A stretch of DNA of 37,361 nucleotides. It comes from Bacilli bacterium (GTDB lineage Bacteria; Bacillota_I; Bacilli_A; RFN20; CAG-826). Positions 8,900 to 17,062 of this stretch are shown piece by piece (positions within the stretch are counted from its first letter, which is position 1; each line of letters starts with the position of its first letter). The translations under genes and the position numbers were made by a program. Location of the stretch: positions 1 to 37,361 of the forward strand of contig DATESG010000017.1 of assembly GCA_035270925.1 (NCBI GenBank), given 5' to 3'. The notes under the pieces were generated by a model, which was not told the origin of the DNA, did no database searches, and saw only the letters and a program-made list of their open reading frames with translations.

Positions 8900-9550
8900 A
8901 TGAATAGAATTCCTGCAGCCCTAGACTTTCATTTTTTACTTTTAGAATATTATAAGCGCTTGCTCATTAAAGAAGATGAACTCGCTGTTTTATTAATGCT
9001 TGATCATCTAATCCTTCAAGGTAATGACTTTGTCACGCCGGAAATGCTTGGATTAGTGATGAACTTTTCAACTGAAAACCTTGATGCCATTTTTGTTAGA
9101 CTTATTAATCGTGGGCTTTTAGAATTTAAAGATGATAAAGGTACGATGAAAACAAGTTTAAACCCTTTACGGAGTCGGCTCGTTTTAGAGTTTCAAATTG
9201 ATTATGAAAAAAGCAAAGAACGTGGTGAAGACTTAGAAATTCAAAGTGAGATTGAAAAAGTTTATAATCGTATTCAACTTGAATTTGGACGTAGTCTTTC
9301 GCCTTTAGAAATGCAAACAATCCATACGTGGTTTGAATATGGTTATAGTGCTGATTTAATTCTTGATGGACTAGAAACAGCGGCCAAAAAAAACCGCCGA
9401 ACCATCAAAGCGATTGATAAGATAATCCTGCAAAAAGCCATTGAAATTGAAAGACGTCATGAAGGCGTGAGCGCCCACTCGGAAAAAAATCGAAATAGTT
9501 TCGATGATATAGTTGAACAAACAAAGCTCGATCTAGATAATAATGAATAA
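8900..9550 (+). CDS. dnaD: DnaD-domain replication initiation / primosome protein
   Basis: The C-terminal region resembles a DnaD/DnaB_2 domain (WFEYGYSADLILDGLETAAKKNRRTIKAIDKIL). It sits immediately upstream of and overlaps nth, as dnaD-nth does in Bacillus. Confidence 0.75.
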   Translation: MNRIPAALDFHFLLLEYYKRLLIKEDELAVLLMLDHLILQGNDFVTPEMLGLVMNFSTENLDAIFVRLINRGLLEFKDDKGTMKTSLNPLRSRLVLEFQIDYEKSKERGEDLEIQSEIEKVYNRIQLEFGRSLSPLEMQTIHTWFEYGYSADLILDGLETAAKKNRRTIKAIDKIILQKAIEIERRHEGVSAHSEKNRNSFDDIVEQTKLDLDNNE

Positions 9551-10178
9551 AGAAAACTTATTAAGAATTCAAACATATTTTAATGAACTATTTCCTGATG
9601 CTAGGGGCGAACTTGAATATAGTAAAGACTATGAACTTTTAATCTCGGTGATCTTAAGCGCGCAAGCCACTGATGTTTCTGTGAACGCGGCGATGAGACC
9701 ATTTTATAAAACTCATCCAACTCTAGAATCAATTGGAGCCTTATCAATTCTTGAACTCGAGAACAATTTTAAAACTATTGGTTTATATAAAACGAAAGCC
9801 GCCAATGTTTTTAAAACGGTAAAAATTCTTTTACAAACTTATGAAGGCAAAGTTCCTAGTGACAAGGATCAACTCCTATTACTACCTGGTGTTGGCATCA
9901 AAACCGCGAATGTGGTAAGAGCAGAACTATTTAAAATCCCGGAAATCGCGGTCGATACTCATGTTAACCGTATTTCTAAACGTTTAGATTTTGCTAAACC
10001 CGCTGATTCGGTTGAAACCGTCGAAGGCAAGTTACGCAAGATTTTAGCACGTGAGGACTATATTAAAACTCATCATCAAATGATTTTCTTTGGTCGCTAT
10101 TTCTGCAAAGCAAAAAACCCACGTTGCCGTGAGTGTCATCTTGTTGATATTTGTAAGGAAAAAAACAAAAATCTATAG
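9543..10178 (+). CDS. nth: Endonuclease III
   Basis: HhH-GPD motif LPGVGIKTANVV and a C-terminal 4Fe-4S loop CKAKNPRCRECHLVDIC. Confidence 0.95.
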   Translation: MNKENLLRIQTYFNELFPDARGELEYSKDYELLISVILSAQATDVSVNAAMRPFYKTHPTLESIGALSILELENNFKTIGLYKTKAANVFKTVKILLQTYEGKVPSDKDQLLLLPGVGIKTANVVRAELFKIPEIAVDTHVNRISKRLDFAKPADSVETVEGKLRKILAREDYIKTHHQMIFFGRYFCKAKNPRCRECHLVDICKEKNKNL

Positions 10179-10748
10179 TTGATATAGTTTATCAACGGCG
10201 TCTAGATAATTAATCCGAGGGCTAAAGGAAACTTGCAATTCTTGCCCATGTTCGCTAAATATTGCTAAAGGAATCGATTTCCTTTTTTGTTTTTGATGAA
10301 AATCGATTATTACCCGAGCATCGATTAAGAAGACTTTATTTAAAGCTGCAAATTGGACGATAAAAAAACAATAACCACCCATGTTTTTAACCATCTCAAG
10401 GTGCTCTATTTGATGAAGACTAATGTTATTAAGGGGGAATGATGTCTTGTTGTTTGTGGTTTTAGCCTCGAAATCAAGATACTTTCCCTTATACACTCCG
10501 TTATAGTCAGTCGTTGATTGCTTTTCAAAATAGGCATCAGTAATCCGTGCCCCTTTTTCGTAATCAACTTTAACAACATTGATTGGTGTTGGGCGTTTAG
10601 TTATTAAGGCCCGTTTAGTGTTTTTATAGTATTCATTTGAAAGATTAATATCCGCTTCTAAATCCATCCCCCGATTCGCCGCATTTGTGATGCGCTTTTT
10701 GGTGATGATATTTTTAGTAGGGCTTTTGCCGTTTGGATATTTAATCAT
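10173..10748 (-). CDS. recU: Holliday junction resolvase RecU
   Basis: GMDLEADIN..SNEYY, STTDYNGVYKGKYLDFEAKTT and SFPLNNISLHQIEHL match my recollection of the RecU family. Confidence 0.9.
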   Translation of the reverse strand: MIKYPNGKSPTKNIITKKRITNAANRGMDLEADINLSNEYYKNTKRALITKRPTPINVVKVDYEKGARITDAYFEKQSTTDYNGVYKGKYLDFEAKTTNNKTSFPLNNISLHQIEHLEMVKNMGGYCFFIVQFAALNKVFLIDARVIIDFHQKQKRKSIPLAIFSEHGQELQVSFSPRINYLDAVDKLYQL

Positions 10749-10762
10749 AGTTTATTTTATTT

Positions 10763-11491
10763 TTATGCCTTGATTTCTTCTTTAATGTAACGGTCTAAAT
10801 CTTCAGTTGTAACTGTCCCGGTTTCGGCAATTCGTTTCATTAATTTTTGAATTGGCCGCGGCATCCCTTTACCAGCGACAAGAATCTTTTTATATTCCGC
10901 GCCCACGATATTAGGATTTTTAATTACCGCGTTATATAAAAGTGCGAGATTGCGGGCATCACTTAAAGCCTCGTGCGCATGGCCACTCATATTAATATTG
11001 AAAAGTTTGCAGTAGTTCGTCAGTGACATTGAGTTGTCTTTGTCATCTTTAATATATTCACTAATGATCCGGGCAAGATCGATATGATTCTTTTTAATTG
11101 CTTCAAAAAGTTCGACCTCAGTTGTGAGATTGTTATTTTGTGATTGTGAAAAAATGCGAATATCATGATTACCAAAAGTAACATATTTAGCTTTTTTAAA
11201 GTCGCGGCCGACATATTTTTTGAATTTAGTCATCGCCTCATCATAATTAACACCTTTTTGATCAAGTGTTTCTTGAGTGATTCCCGTTAACTTTTCAACA
11301 AAACGACCAATATGATTAATCGCTTTAACATATATATCAAAACCTTTATCTAAACGCGCAAAGGTCCCATCCTTTTTTAATTTAGCCTTATATGCTCCAA
11401 GGGCAATAAGTTCATGCGAAAACTGTGTTCCCTCAAGATCTAGGAATACAACGAGTCTTTCTTTCCCAACATTTTTTAGCAATTTTTTCAT
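10763..11491 (-). CDS. DEDDh-type 3'-5' exonuclease (DnaQ/KapD-like) with a ~50-aa C-terminal extension
   Basis: ExoI FLDLEGT, ExoII FGNHDIRIF and ExoIII HEALSDARNL motifs. It ends 15 nt upstream of recU on the same strand, so it is a probable operon partner. Confidence 0.8.
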   Translation of the reverse strand: MKKLLKNVGKERLVVFLDLEGTQFSHELIALGAYKAKLKKDGTFARLDKGFDIYVKAINHIGRFVEKLTGITQETLDQKGVNYDEAMTKFKKYVGRDFKKAKYVTFGNHDIRIFSQSQNNNLTTEVELFEAIKKNHIDLARIISEYIKDDKDNSMSLTNYCKLFNINMSGHAHEALSDARNLALLYNAVIKNPNIVGAEYKKILVAGKGMPRPIQKLMKRIAETGTVTTEDLDRYIKEEIKA

Positions 11492-11547
11492 ATTCGTTAT
11501 TTTATCACATATTCCAAATTATAAAAGCAGTAAAAGGCCCTGATTTA

Positions 11548-11576
11548 TTGCTTTATTATATAACAAAATATATAAT
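11548..11576 (+). promoter_or_regulatory. Sigma-70-type promoter for gpsB (and possibly rnpB-pgsA-cinA-recA)
   Basis: TTGCTT (11548-11553), a 17-nt spacer, then TATAAT (11571-11576), 15 nt upstream of the gpsB ATG. Confidence 0.45.
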
Positions 11577-11591
11577 AATGCAGAGGTCACC

Positions 11592-11942
11592 ATGAGTTAT
11601 AAATTTAATTTCGATGATAATCAAATACTTAATCACAAGTTTTCGCCCGCAACAAAAGGTTACGACGCTCTAGAAGTCGATCGCTTCTTTGATAAGGTCA
11701 TTAGTGACTATCAAGAAACAAAGAAAGCACTAATCGCCTTAAAGAAGCTTGAAACTGATTATGCGCGCCTAATAATGGTTAAGAGCGATTTAGAAGCGCG
11801 AGTAAAATTGCTTGAGAATCGCATTTTAGATTATGAACGAACAAATGGAAACCATCGCGATAACTTCGAAAACATCAGACGCATCGCTGCGTATGAAAAG
11901 TATCTTTGGAGTATCGGACATGACCCCAAAAAGATTAAGTAG
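11592..11942 (+). CDS. gpsB: Cell-cycle protein GpsB (DivIVA-domain)
   Basis: N-terminal DivIVA motif FSPATKGYDALEVDRFFDKVISDY, a central coiled coil and a C-terminal NFENIRRIAAYEKYLW segment resembling the GpsB C-terminus. It is adjacent to rnpB, as ypsB/gpsB is in B. subtilis. Confidence 0.8.
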   Translation: MSYKFNFDDNQILNHKFSPATKGYDALEVDRFFDKVISDYQETKKALIALKKLETDYARLIMVKSDLEARVKLLENRILDYERTNGNHRDNFENIRRIAAYEKYLWSIGHDPKKIK

Positions 11943-12283
11943 TCGATCCGGATAATTGCTGGCAAATTTAATTTGTTAGAGGAAAGTCCATGCTCACACT
12001 AGCTGCGATGCTAGTAGTGTTTGTGCTAGCGGAAAAAATAACGCTAGGCAGGGAGGAGTCCCTGACGGCGGGCCAAAACCTAAGTCTTCGGATAAGGTCG
12101 CGGTCCTTAAGGTGCCACAGTGACGAGTTTTTGGGAAACTGAAAAGTGAAACGCTGGTAAACCCCACAAGTGAGAAACCTAAATATTGGTAAGGGAAATA
12201 GCAATAGAGAATCTGAATCTAGCGCTGTATGGAAACATAGATAAATAATTATCCTATGACAAAACATGGCTTACAGGATCGAC
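11942..12283 (+). ncRNA. rnpB: RNase P RNA (type B, compact, ~340 nt)
   Basis: The universal P4 elements GAGGAAAGTCCATGCTC and ACAAAACATGGCTTACAG are present, plus GTGCCACAGTGACGA and GGTAAACCCC. P1 pairs GTCGATCC (11942-11949) with GGATCGAC (12276-12283). P2 pairs GGATAATT (11950-11957) with AATTATCC (12247-12254). Confidence 0.9.
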
Positions 12284-12310
12284 ACTCACTTTCTAAGGAG
12301 TAACAATAAT

Positions 12311-12943
12311 ATGAAGATTAACCCAAAACTTCCTAACTATATCACCATTTTTCGGATGGGGATGGTCGTTGTGATTTTGATTATTTTATTACTTCCTTGG
12401 CAACAATTAGTTGGCAATATTCCTTTTGTTTTTGCCAACGTTAATCTTATTTACTTTATTGCTCTTATTCTCTTTTTAATCGCTAGCATTAGCGATTTCT
12501 TTGATGGATATCTAGCAAGAAAATATAATCTCATTTCTAATTTTGGCAAGTTTATGGATCCAATCGCCGACAAGATGCTGGTTAACACCTTGCTGATTGT
12601 CCTTCTTGTTAAACAAGCATATGCTCCACAACAAATTAGTGTCCCCCTATTAGCGGTAATTATCATGATTGCACGCGATTTGGTAGTGGACGGGCTAAGA
12701 CTAGTGGCGAGCGAACGCAAAATTGTCCTTGCGGCAAACATCTTTGGCAAAGTGAAAACGGTCCTGCAAATGGCCGCGATTAGTGTGTTTTTACTTAATG
12801 ACTGGCCTTTTTCCTTACTATATGGCGCGACTCCTTATGTTTCGCTCGTATTGATTTGGGCCGCCGCCACTGTCAGTCTATTGTCAGGACTCATTTATGT
12901 CGGACAAAATTATCGCGTACTTAAGGATGAAAAACATGGATAA
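12311..12943 (+). CDS. pgsA: CDP-diacylglycerol--glycerol-3-phosphate 3-phosphatidyltransferase
   Basis: CDP-alcohol phosphatidyltransferase motif DFFDGYLARKYNLISNFGKFMDPIADK. The start is set at ATG 12311 (AAGGAG SD at 12295-12300) because the ORF-track start at 12266 lies inside rnpB. Confidence 0.9.
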   Translation: MKINPKLPNYITIFRMGMVVVILIILLLPWQQLVGNIPFVFANVNLIYFIALILFLIASISDFFDGYLARKYNLISNFGKFMDPIADKMLVNTLLIVLLVKQAYAPQQISVPLLAVIIMIARDLVVDGLRLVASERKIVLAANIFGKVKTVLQMAAISVFLLNDWPFSLLYGATPYVSLVLIWAAATVSLLSGLIYVGQNYRVLKDEKHG

Positions 12944-13418
12944 GAAATCCATCCTTTCATGGTTGATCCGTCACAATAAAACATTGGGGGCGGTTGAGTC
13001 ATTAACAGGCGGGATGTTTGCTAGTTCCGTCGTTGATGTTCCAGGTGCATCGGCAACTTTTAGAGGTGCAATTGTCACATATGCGACCGAACTTAAAACA
13101 AAATTAGTAGATGTGAGCGAAGAAACAATCGCAACGTATGGAGTTGTCTCGAGTAAAACAGCGCTAGAAATGGCATTGGGTGGCAAGAAACAACTTAATG
13201 TTGATTTTTGTCTTAGCTTCACCGGCAATGCTGGACCAGAAGTACAAGATAATCGACAAGTCGGTGATGTTTACATTGCTTTAACATTTAGTGATGTTGA
13301 AGTTATTGAACACTTTAGTTTGGATGGCGAACGTAATCAAATCCGAAAAGCCGCCGTACAAAAAGGCTGGGATTTGTTAGAACGTGTGATAAAAGAACAA
13401 AAAGAAAACTATTTATAG
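12936..13418 (+). CDS. cinA: CinA C-terminal-domain protein (PncC-type nicotinamide-nucleotide amidohydrolase), stand-alone
   Basis: [10 protein letters not shown] motif and about 160 aa. pgsA-cinA-recA synteny as in Bacillus. The start is chosen at ATG 12936 (AAGGA 8 nt upstream); in-frame ATGs at 12897 and 12927 are alternatives. Confidence 0.85.
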   Translation: MDKKSILSWLIRHNKTLGAVESLTGGMFASSVVDVPGASATFRGAIVTYATELKTKLVDVSEETIATYGVVSSKTALEMALGGKKQLNVDFCLSFTGNAGPEVQDNRQVGDVYIALTFSDVEVIEHFSLDGERNQIRKAAVQKGWDLLERVIKEQKENYL

Positions 13419-13432
13419 TTAGGAGATATATT

Positions 13433-14416
13433 ATGGCAAAAGAAACCAAAAACACTTTATTAGATACAATCAAGGAAATTGAGAAGACATTTGGCAAAGG
13501 CAGCGTAATGAAATTAGGCGACAGACAACATATTGATGTTGATGTAATTCCTAGTGGATCATTGCTTCTAGATGAAGCCCTTGGGGTGGGTGGCTATCCT
13601 AAAGGTCGGATTGTCGAAATATTTGGACCTGAAAGTAGCGGCAAAACAACTTTGTCATTACACGCAATTGCTGAGTGCCAAAAAAAAGGTGGAGTGGCGG
13701 CATTTATTGATGCGGAACACTCAATTGATCCTGTCTACGCCAGAAATCTTGGAATTAATATTGAAGAATTAATTCTCTCGCAACCTGATAGTGGTGAACA
13801 AGCGCTCGAAATTGCTGAGATGCTCGCCGCCAGTGGCTCCATTGACCTTATCGTCATTGATAGTGTCGCCGCCCTTGTTCCGGAAGCTGAACTAAATGGC
13901 GAAATGGGTGATACCCAAGTTGGACTCCAAGCACGCTTAATGTCGAAAGCAATGCGCAAATTAACGGCAATCTTAAATAAGGCTGAATGTACAATTATAT
14001 TCATTAACCAATTAAGAGAAAAGGTCGGCGTTATTTATGGCAACCCGGAAGTGACGAGCGGTGGCCGAGCCCTTAAATTTTATTCTTCAATTCGAGTAGA
14101 TATTCGTCGCGGTGAAGCGATAAAAGATGGGGCTAAATTAATCGGCAACGTCGCCAAGATTAGAGTCGTAAAAAATAAAGTTAGTCCGCCATTTGGCAGC
14201 TGTGAAGTTGACATAATTTATGGCAAAGGTATTTCAAAGATTGGTGAAATCGTTGATTTAGCCGCGGCAAGAGACATTATTAAAAAATCTGGTTCCTGGT
14301 ATGAGGTCAACGGTGAGAAGATGGGGCAAGGTCGTGAAGCGGCCCAGACCTTCTTATTAGAACGCCCAGAACTTATGCAAGAAATCGAGAAAAAACTACG
14401 AAAGAAAATTAGTTAG
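13433..14416 (+). CDS. recA: Recombinase RecA
   Basis: GPESSGKTT Walker [10 protein letters not shown] Walker B, and the typical RecA L1/L2 regions. Confidence 0.97.
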   Translation: MAKETKNTLLDTIKEIEKTFGKGSVMKLGDRQHIDVDVIPSGSLLLDEALGVGGYPKGRIVEIFGPESSGKTTLSLHAIAECQKKGGVAAFIDAEHSIDPVYARNLGINIEELILSQPDSGEQALEIAEMLAASGSIDLIVIDSVAALVPEAELNGEMGDTQVGLQARLMSKAMRKLTAILNKAECTIIFINQLREKVGVIYGNPEVTSGGRALKFYSSIRVDIRRGEAIKDGAKLIGNVAKIRVVKNKVSPPFGSCEVDIIYGKGISKIGEIVDLAAARDIIKKSGSWYEVNGEKMGQGREAAQTFLLERPELMQEIEKKLRKKIS

Positions 14417-14439
14417 ACATAGTCTAACTTTTCTTTTTA
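14411..14439 (+). terminator. Intrinsic terminator after recA
   Basis: AGTTAGAC-ATA-GTCTAACT hairpin overlapping the recA stop, followed by TTTTCTTTTT. Confidence 0.7.
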
Positions 14440-14468
14440 TACTGATGATTATATCTTTGCTTAATCTC

Positions 14469-14497
14469 TTTTAAAGTTTTGATACATTTGATATAAT
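14469..14497 (+). promoter_or_regulatory. Extended -10 promoter candidate for rny
   Basis: TGATATAAT (extended -10; TATAAT at 14492-14497) with a weak -35 TTTTAA 17 nt upstream. It would give a leader of about 175 nt. Confidence 0.4.
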
Positions 14498-14679
14498 AGT
14501 TTTACTCAGTAGAGTAGTTGTCCCTAAACACATTTAGGATTAAGCCATATTTATCGTTAATAACGAATATATAAATTTCAATAAATCATGTCCATTTCTA
14601 ATGTGTTGGCAATTTTATGCCATTTTTGGCATATATACGTGAAAAATTCATTTAATGCTTAAACGCGCAAAGAGAGGAA

Positions 14680-16272
14680 ATGAAAATGGAAATTAATTTT
14701 ATGATTGATACCATCTCATCATTAGCCCTCGTTCTTATGATTGTTTTGTTTTTCGTCGGACTTGGTTTAGGTGCACTAGGTTTTTACTTAGTCCCTATAT
14801 TTAAATCTAAAGCTGCTTTAAAAAGATCACAAAGAATTATTCGTGATGCCGAAATTAAAGCCGAACACATTACAAAAAATGCTGAACTTGATGCTAAACA
14901 AAAGGTGATTGAGGGTAGACAAGAGCTTGAAAAAGAAGTCAAGCAAAGAAAAGCCGATCTAGCTGAGACGCAAAGGCTTATTGGAGAACGTGAGAAAGCG
15001 GTCGAACGCCGTGATTTACTATTATTAAGTAAAGAACAAAGCCTCGATGCAAAAAACGAAAATCTATCAACTAAGCTTAGACAACTAGACGAAAAAGAGT
15101 TTGATTTACAAAAGAGAATCGACTCAATTATTACTGAACTTGAACACGTCTCACAAATGACGGTTGGACAAGCCAAAGAGGAATTATACGAACGAGTTAA
15201 CGTTAAATTGAACCGTGAAATCTCAGTTTATATGAAGAATCGTGAAGATGAAGCTGAAGAAACCGCAAATGAAAAAGCGCGGGAAATTCTGGCACTTGCG
15301 ATTAATAAATATTCACAAGAAGTCACAACCGAACGTACCGTTAGTGTTGTTGCCTTACCAAATGATGAAATGAAGGGGCGGATTATTGGTCGTGAAGGCC
15401 GTAATATTAGAACGCTTGAACAACTGCTTGGTGTTGACATTCTAATTGATGACACCCCAGAAGCAATTACCGTTTCTTGCTTTGATCCAATTAGACGCGA
15501 AATCGCCCGTCGGGCCCTTGATGTCTTAATTAAAGATGGTCGTATTCAACCATCACGGATTGAAGAAGTTATCGTTAAGGTCAAAGAAGAACTTGAAGAA
15601 GTTATTCAAAAGGCCGGACGTGAAGCTGTGTTTGAGCTTGGGTTAACTAACGTTCATAAAGAGATGATTGGCTTTATTGGTCGTCTCAAATATAGAACCT
15701 CATACGGCCAAAGTGGTCTAAAACATAGTATTGAAGTTGCACACTTAGCCGGAATGATGGCCTCTGAATTGGGTATTGATCCAACTAAGGCAAAACGCGC
15801 TGGCTTATTCCACGATATCGGCAAATCTGCTGACTTCGAAATGGAAGGTTCACACGTTGAAGTCGGGGCTCGTTTGGCTCGTAAATATGGCGAACCTGAC
15901 TATGTTCTTGACGCAATCGAAAGCCATCACGGCGACAAAGAAGCTAAATTTATTTACTCACAACTTGTCATCGCGGCTGACACCCTTAGTGCGGCGAGAC
16001 CTGGTGCAAGAAGTGAAACCTTAGAAAGATATATTAAGAGAATTGAACAATTAGAGACAATTTGTAACTCATACCCATCAGTGCAAACGTCATATGCGAT
16101 GCAATCTGGTCGTGAAGTGAGAGTTATGGTTATCCCTGACAAAATCGATGACATCGGTGCTTATAATTTAGTCCGTGAAATTCGTGAAAAAATTGAAACT
16201 GAAATGACTTATCCTGGGCAAATCAAAGTTTCCGTAATCCGTGAATTTAGAGCCCAAGATATCGCCAAGTAA
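14680..16272 (+). CDS. rny: Ribonuclease Y
   Basis: N-terminal TM helix, a K/E-rich coiled coil, KH domain GRIIGREGRNIR and HD domain HDIGK. An alternative start at ATG 14686 is possible. Confidence 0.95.
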   Translation: MKMEINFMIDTISSLALVLMIVLFFVGLGLGALGFYLVPIFKSKAALKRSQRIIRDAEIKAEHITKNAELDAKQKVIEGRQELEKEVKQRKADLAETQRLIGEREKAVERRDLLLLSKEQSLDAKNENLSTKLRQLDEKEFDLQKRIDSIITELEHVSQMTVGQAKEELYERVNVKLNREISVYMKNREDEAEETANEKAREILALAINKYSQEVTTERTVSVVALPNDEMKGRIIGREGRNIRTLEQLLGVDILIDDTPEAITVSCFDPIRREIARRALDVLIKDGRIQPSRIEEVIVKVKEELEEVIQKAGREAVFELGLTNVHKEMIGFIGRLKYRTSYGQSGLKHSIEVAHLAGMMASELGIDPTKAKRAGLFHDIGKSADFEMEGSHVEVGARLARKYGEPDYVLDAIESHHGDKEAKFIYSQLVIAADTLSAARPGARSETLERYIKRIEQLETICNSYPSVQTSYAMQSGREVRVMVIPDKIDDIGAYNLVREIREKIETEMTYPGQIKVSVIREFRAQDIAK

Positions 16273-16278
16273 TCGCCA

Positions 16279-17058
16279 ATGCGGATCCTCTTTATTGGTG
16301 ACATTGTTGCCAAAGTTGGCCGCGATGCTGTAAAAAAAAGTTTAAAAAATCTGATAAAAGAACATCAAATTGATGTTGTAATTGCTAACGGTGAGAATGC
16401 CACGCATGGTCGCGGCCTCACCAGAAAGCATTATCAACAATTAATTGAGATGGGCATCAATGTGGTTACGTTAGGTAACCATTTTGACGATAGACAAGAA
16501 ATTCGTGATTATATCGAAAAAACGGCCGTCCTGGTCCGTCCGCTTAATCTGATTGAGCAATATCCGGGAAAAGGCAGCGTTGTGTTTACTCATAAAGGCA
16601 TAAAAATCAGGGTAACTAACTTACTTTTGGAAGCATTTATGAAACGTCCAGTTGAAAGTCCGTTCGCAAGCCTTAGCATGCTGCTTAATGAAGTTGAACC
16701 AAGTATTCATATTGTTGATGTACATGGAGAAGCAACCGCGGAGAAACTTGCGCTGGCTTATGCCTTTGACGGCCGTGTGAGCGCGATGCTAGGCACCCAT
16801 ACACATGTGCAGACTCGTGACTATCAAGTCCTACCGTTAGGAACGGCTTATATTAGTGACGTGGGGATGACTGGCCCTAAAAATGGTGTGATTGGTGTTG
16901 AAAAAAACAGTGTGATTCAAAAGATGTGGTTTAACAAAGAAACCCATTACGTTTATGATAATAAAGACGAAGGTCTCCTTAGTGCGGTTGTCATCGATGT
17001 TGATGAAGAAAGCGCGAAGGCCAAAGACATTTACCCAATATATTTGACTGTGAGATAA
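16279..17058 (+). CDS. ymdB: YmdB-like metallophosphoesterase (2',3'-cyclic-nucleotide phosphodiesterase family)
   Basis: MRILFIGDIVAKVGRD and GENATHGRGLT motifs. It lies immediately downstream of rny, as in Bacillus. Confidence 0.9.
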   Translation: MRILFIGDIVAKVGRDAVKKSLKNLIKEHQIDVVIANGENATHGRGLTRKHYQQLIEMGINVVTLGNHFDDRQEIRDYIEKTAVLVRPLNLIEQYPGKGSVVFTHKGIKIRVTNLLLEAFMKRPVESPFASLSMLLNEVEPSIHIVDVHGEATAEKLALAYAFDGRVSAMLGTHTHVQTRDYQVLPLGTAYISDVGMTGPKNGVIGVEKNSVIQKMWFNKETHYVYDNKDEGLLSAVVIDVDEESAKAKDIYPIYLTVR

Positions 17059-17062
17059 AATT

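Noticed and set aside
11968-12267. 99-aa - strand ORF between gpsB and pgsA
   Set aside because: It lies entirely inside the RNase P RNA gene, whose universal P4 sequences and P1/P2 pairings are on the + strand. It is an artefact of a stop-free antisense frame.
12266-12310. Upstream extension of pgsA (ORF-track start at 12266)
   Set aside because: These 15 codons overlap the 3' end of rnpB (ACATGGCTTACAGGATCGAC). A proper AAGGAG SD precedes the ATG at 12311, and the family-typical N-terminus starts there.
14588-14662. 24-aa ORF (MSISNVLAILCHFWHIYVKNSFNA) in the rny leader
   Set aside because: There is no SD-like sequence upstream. It overlaps the proposed RNA hairpins, so it is more likely non-coding leader.
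14784-15176. 130-aa - strand ORF rich in Ser/Cys/Leu/Phe inside rny
   Set aside because: It mirrors the K/E-rich coiled-coil coding region of RNase Y. GAA/AAG-rich sense codons give stop-free TTC/CTT antisense frames. There is no SD or motif.
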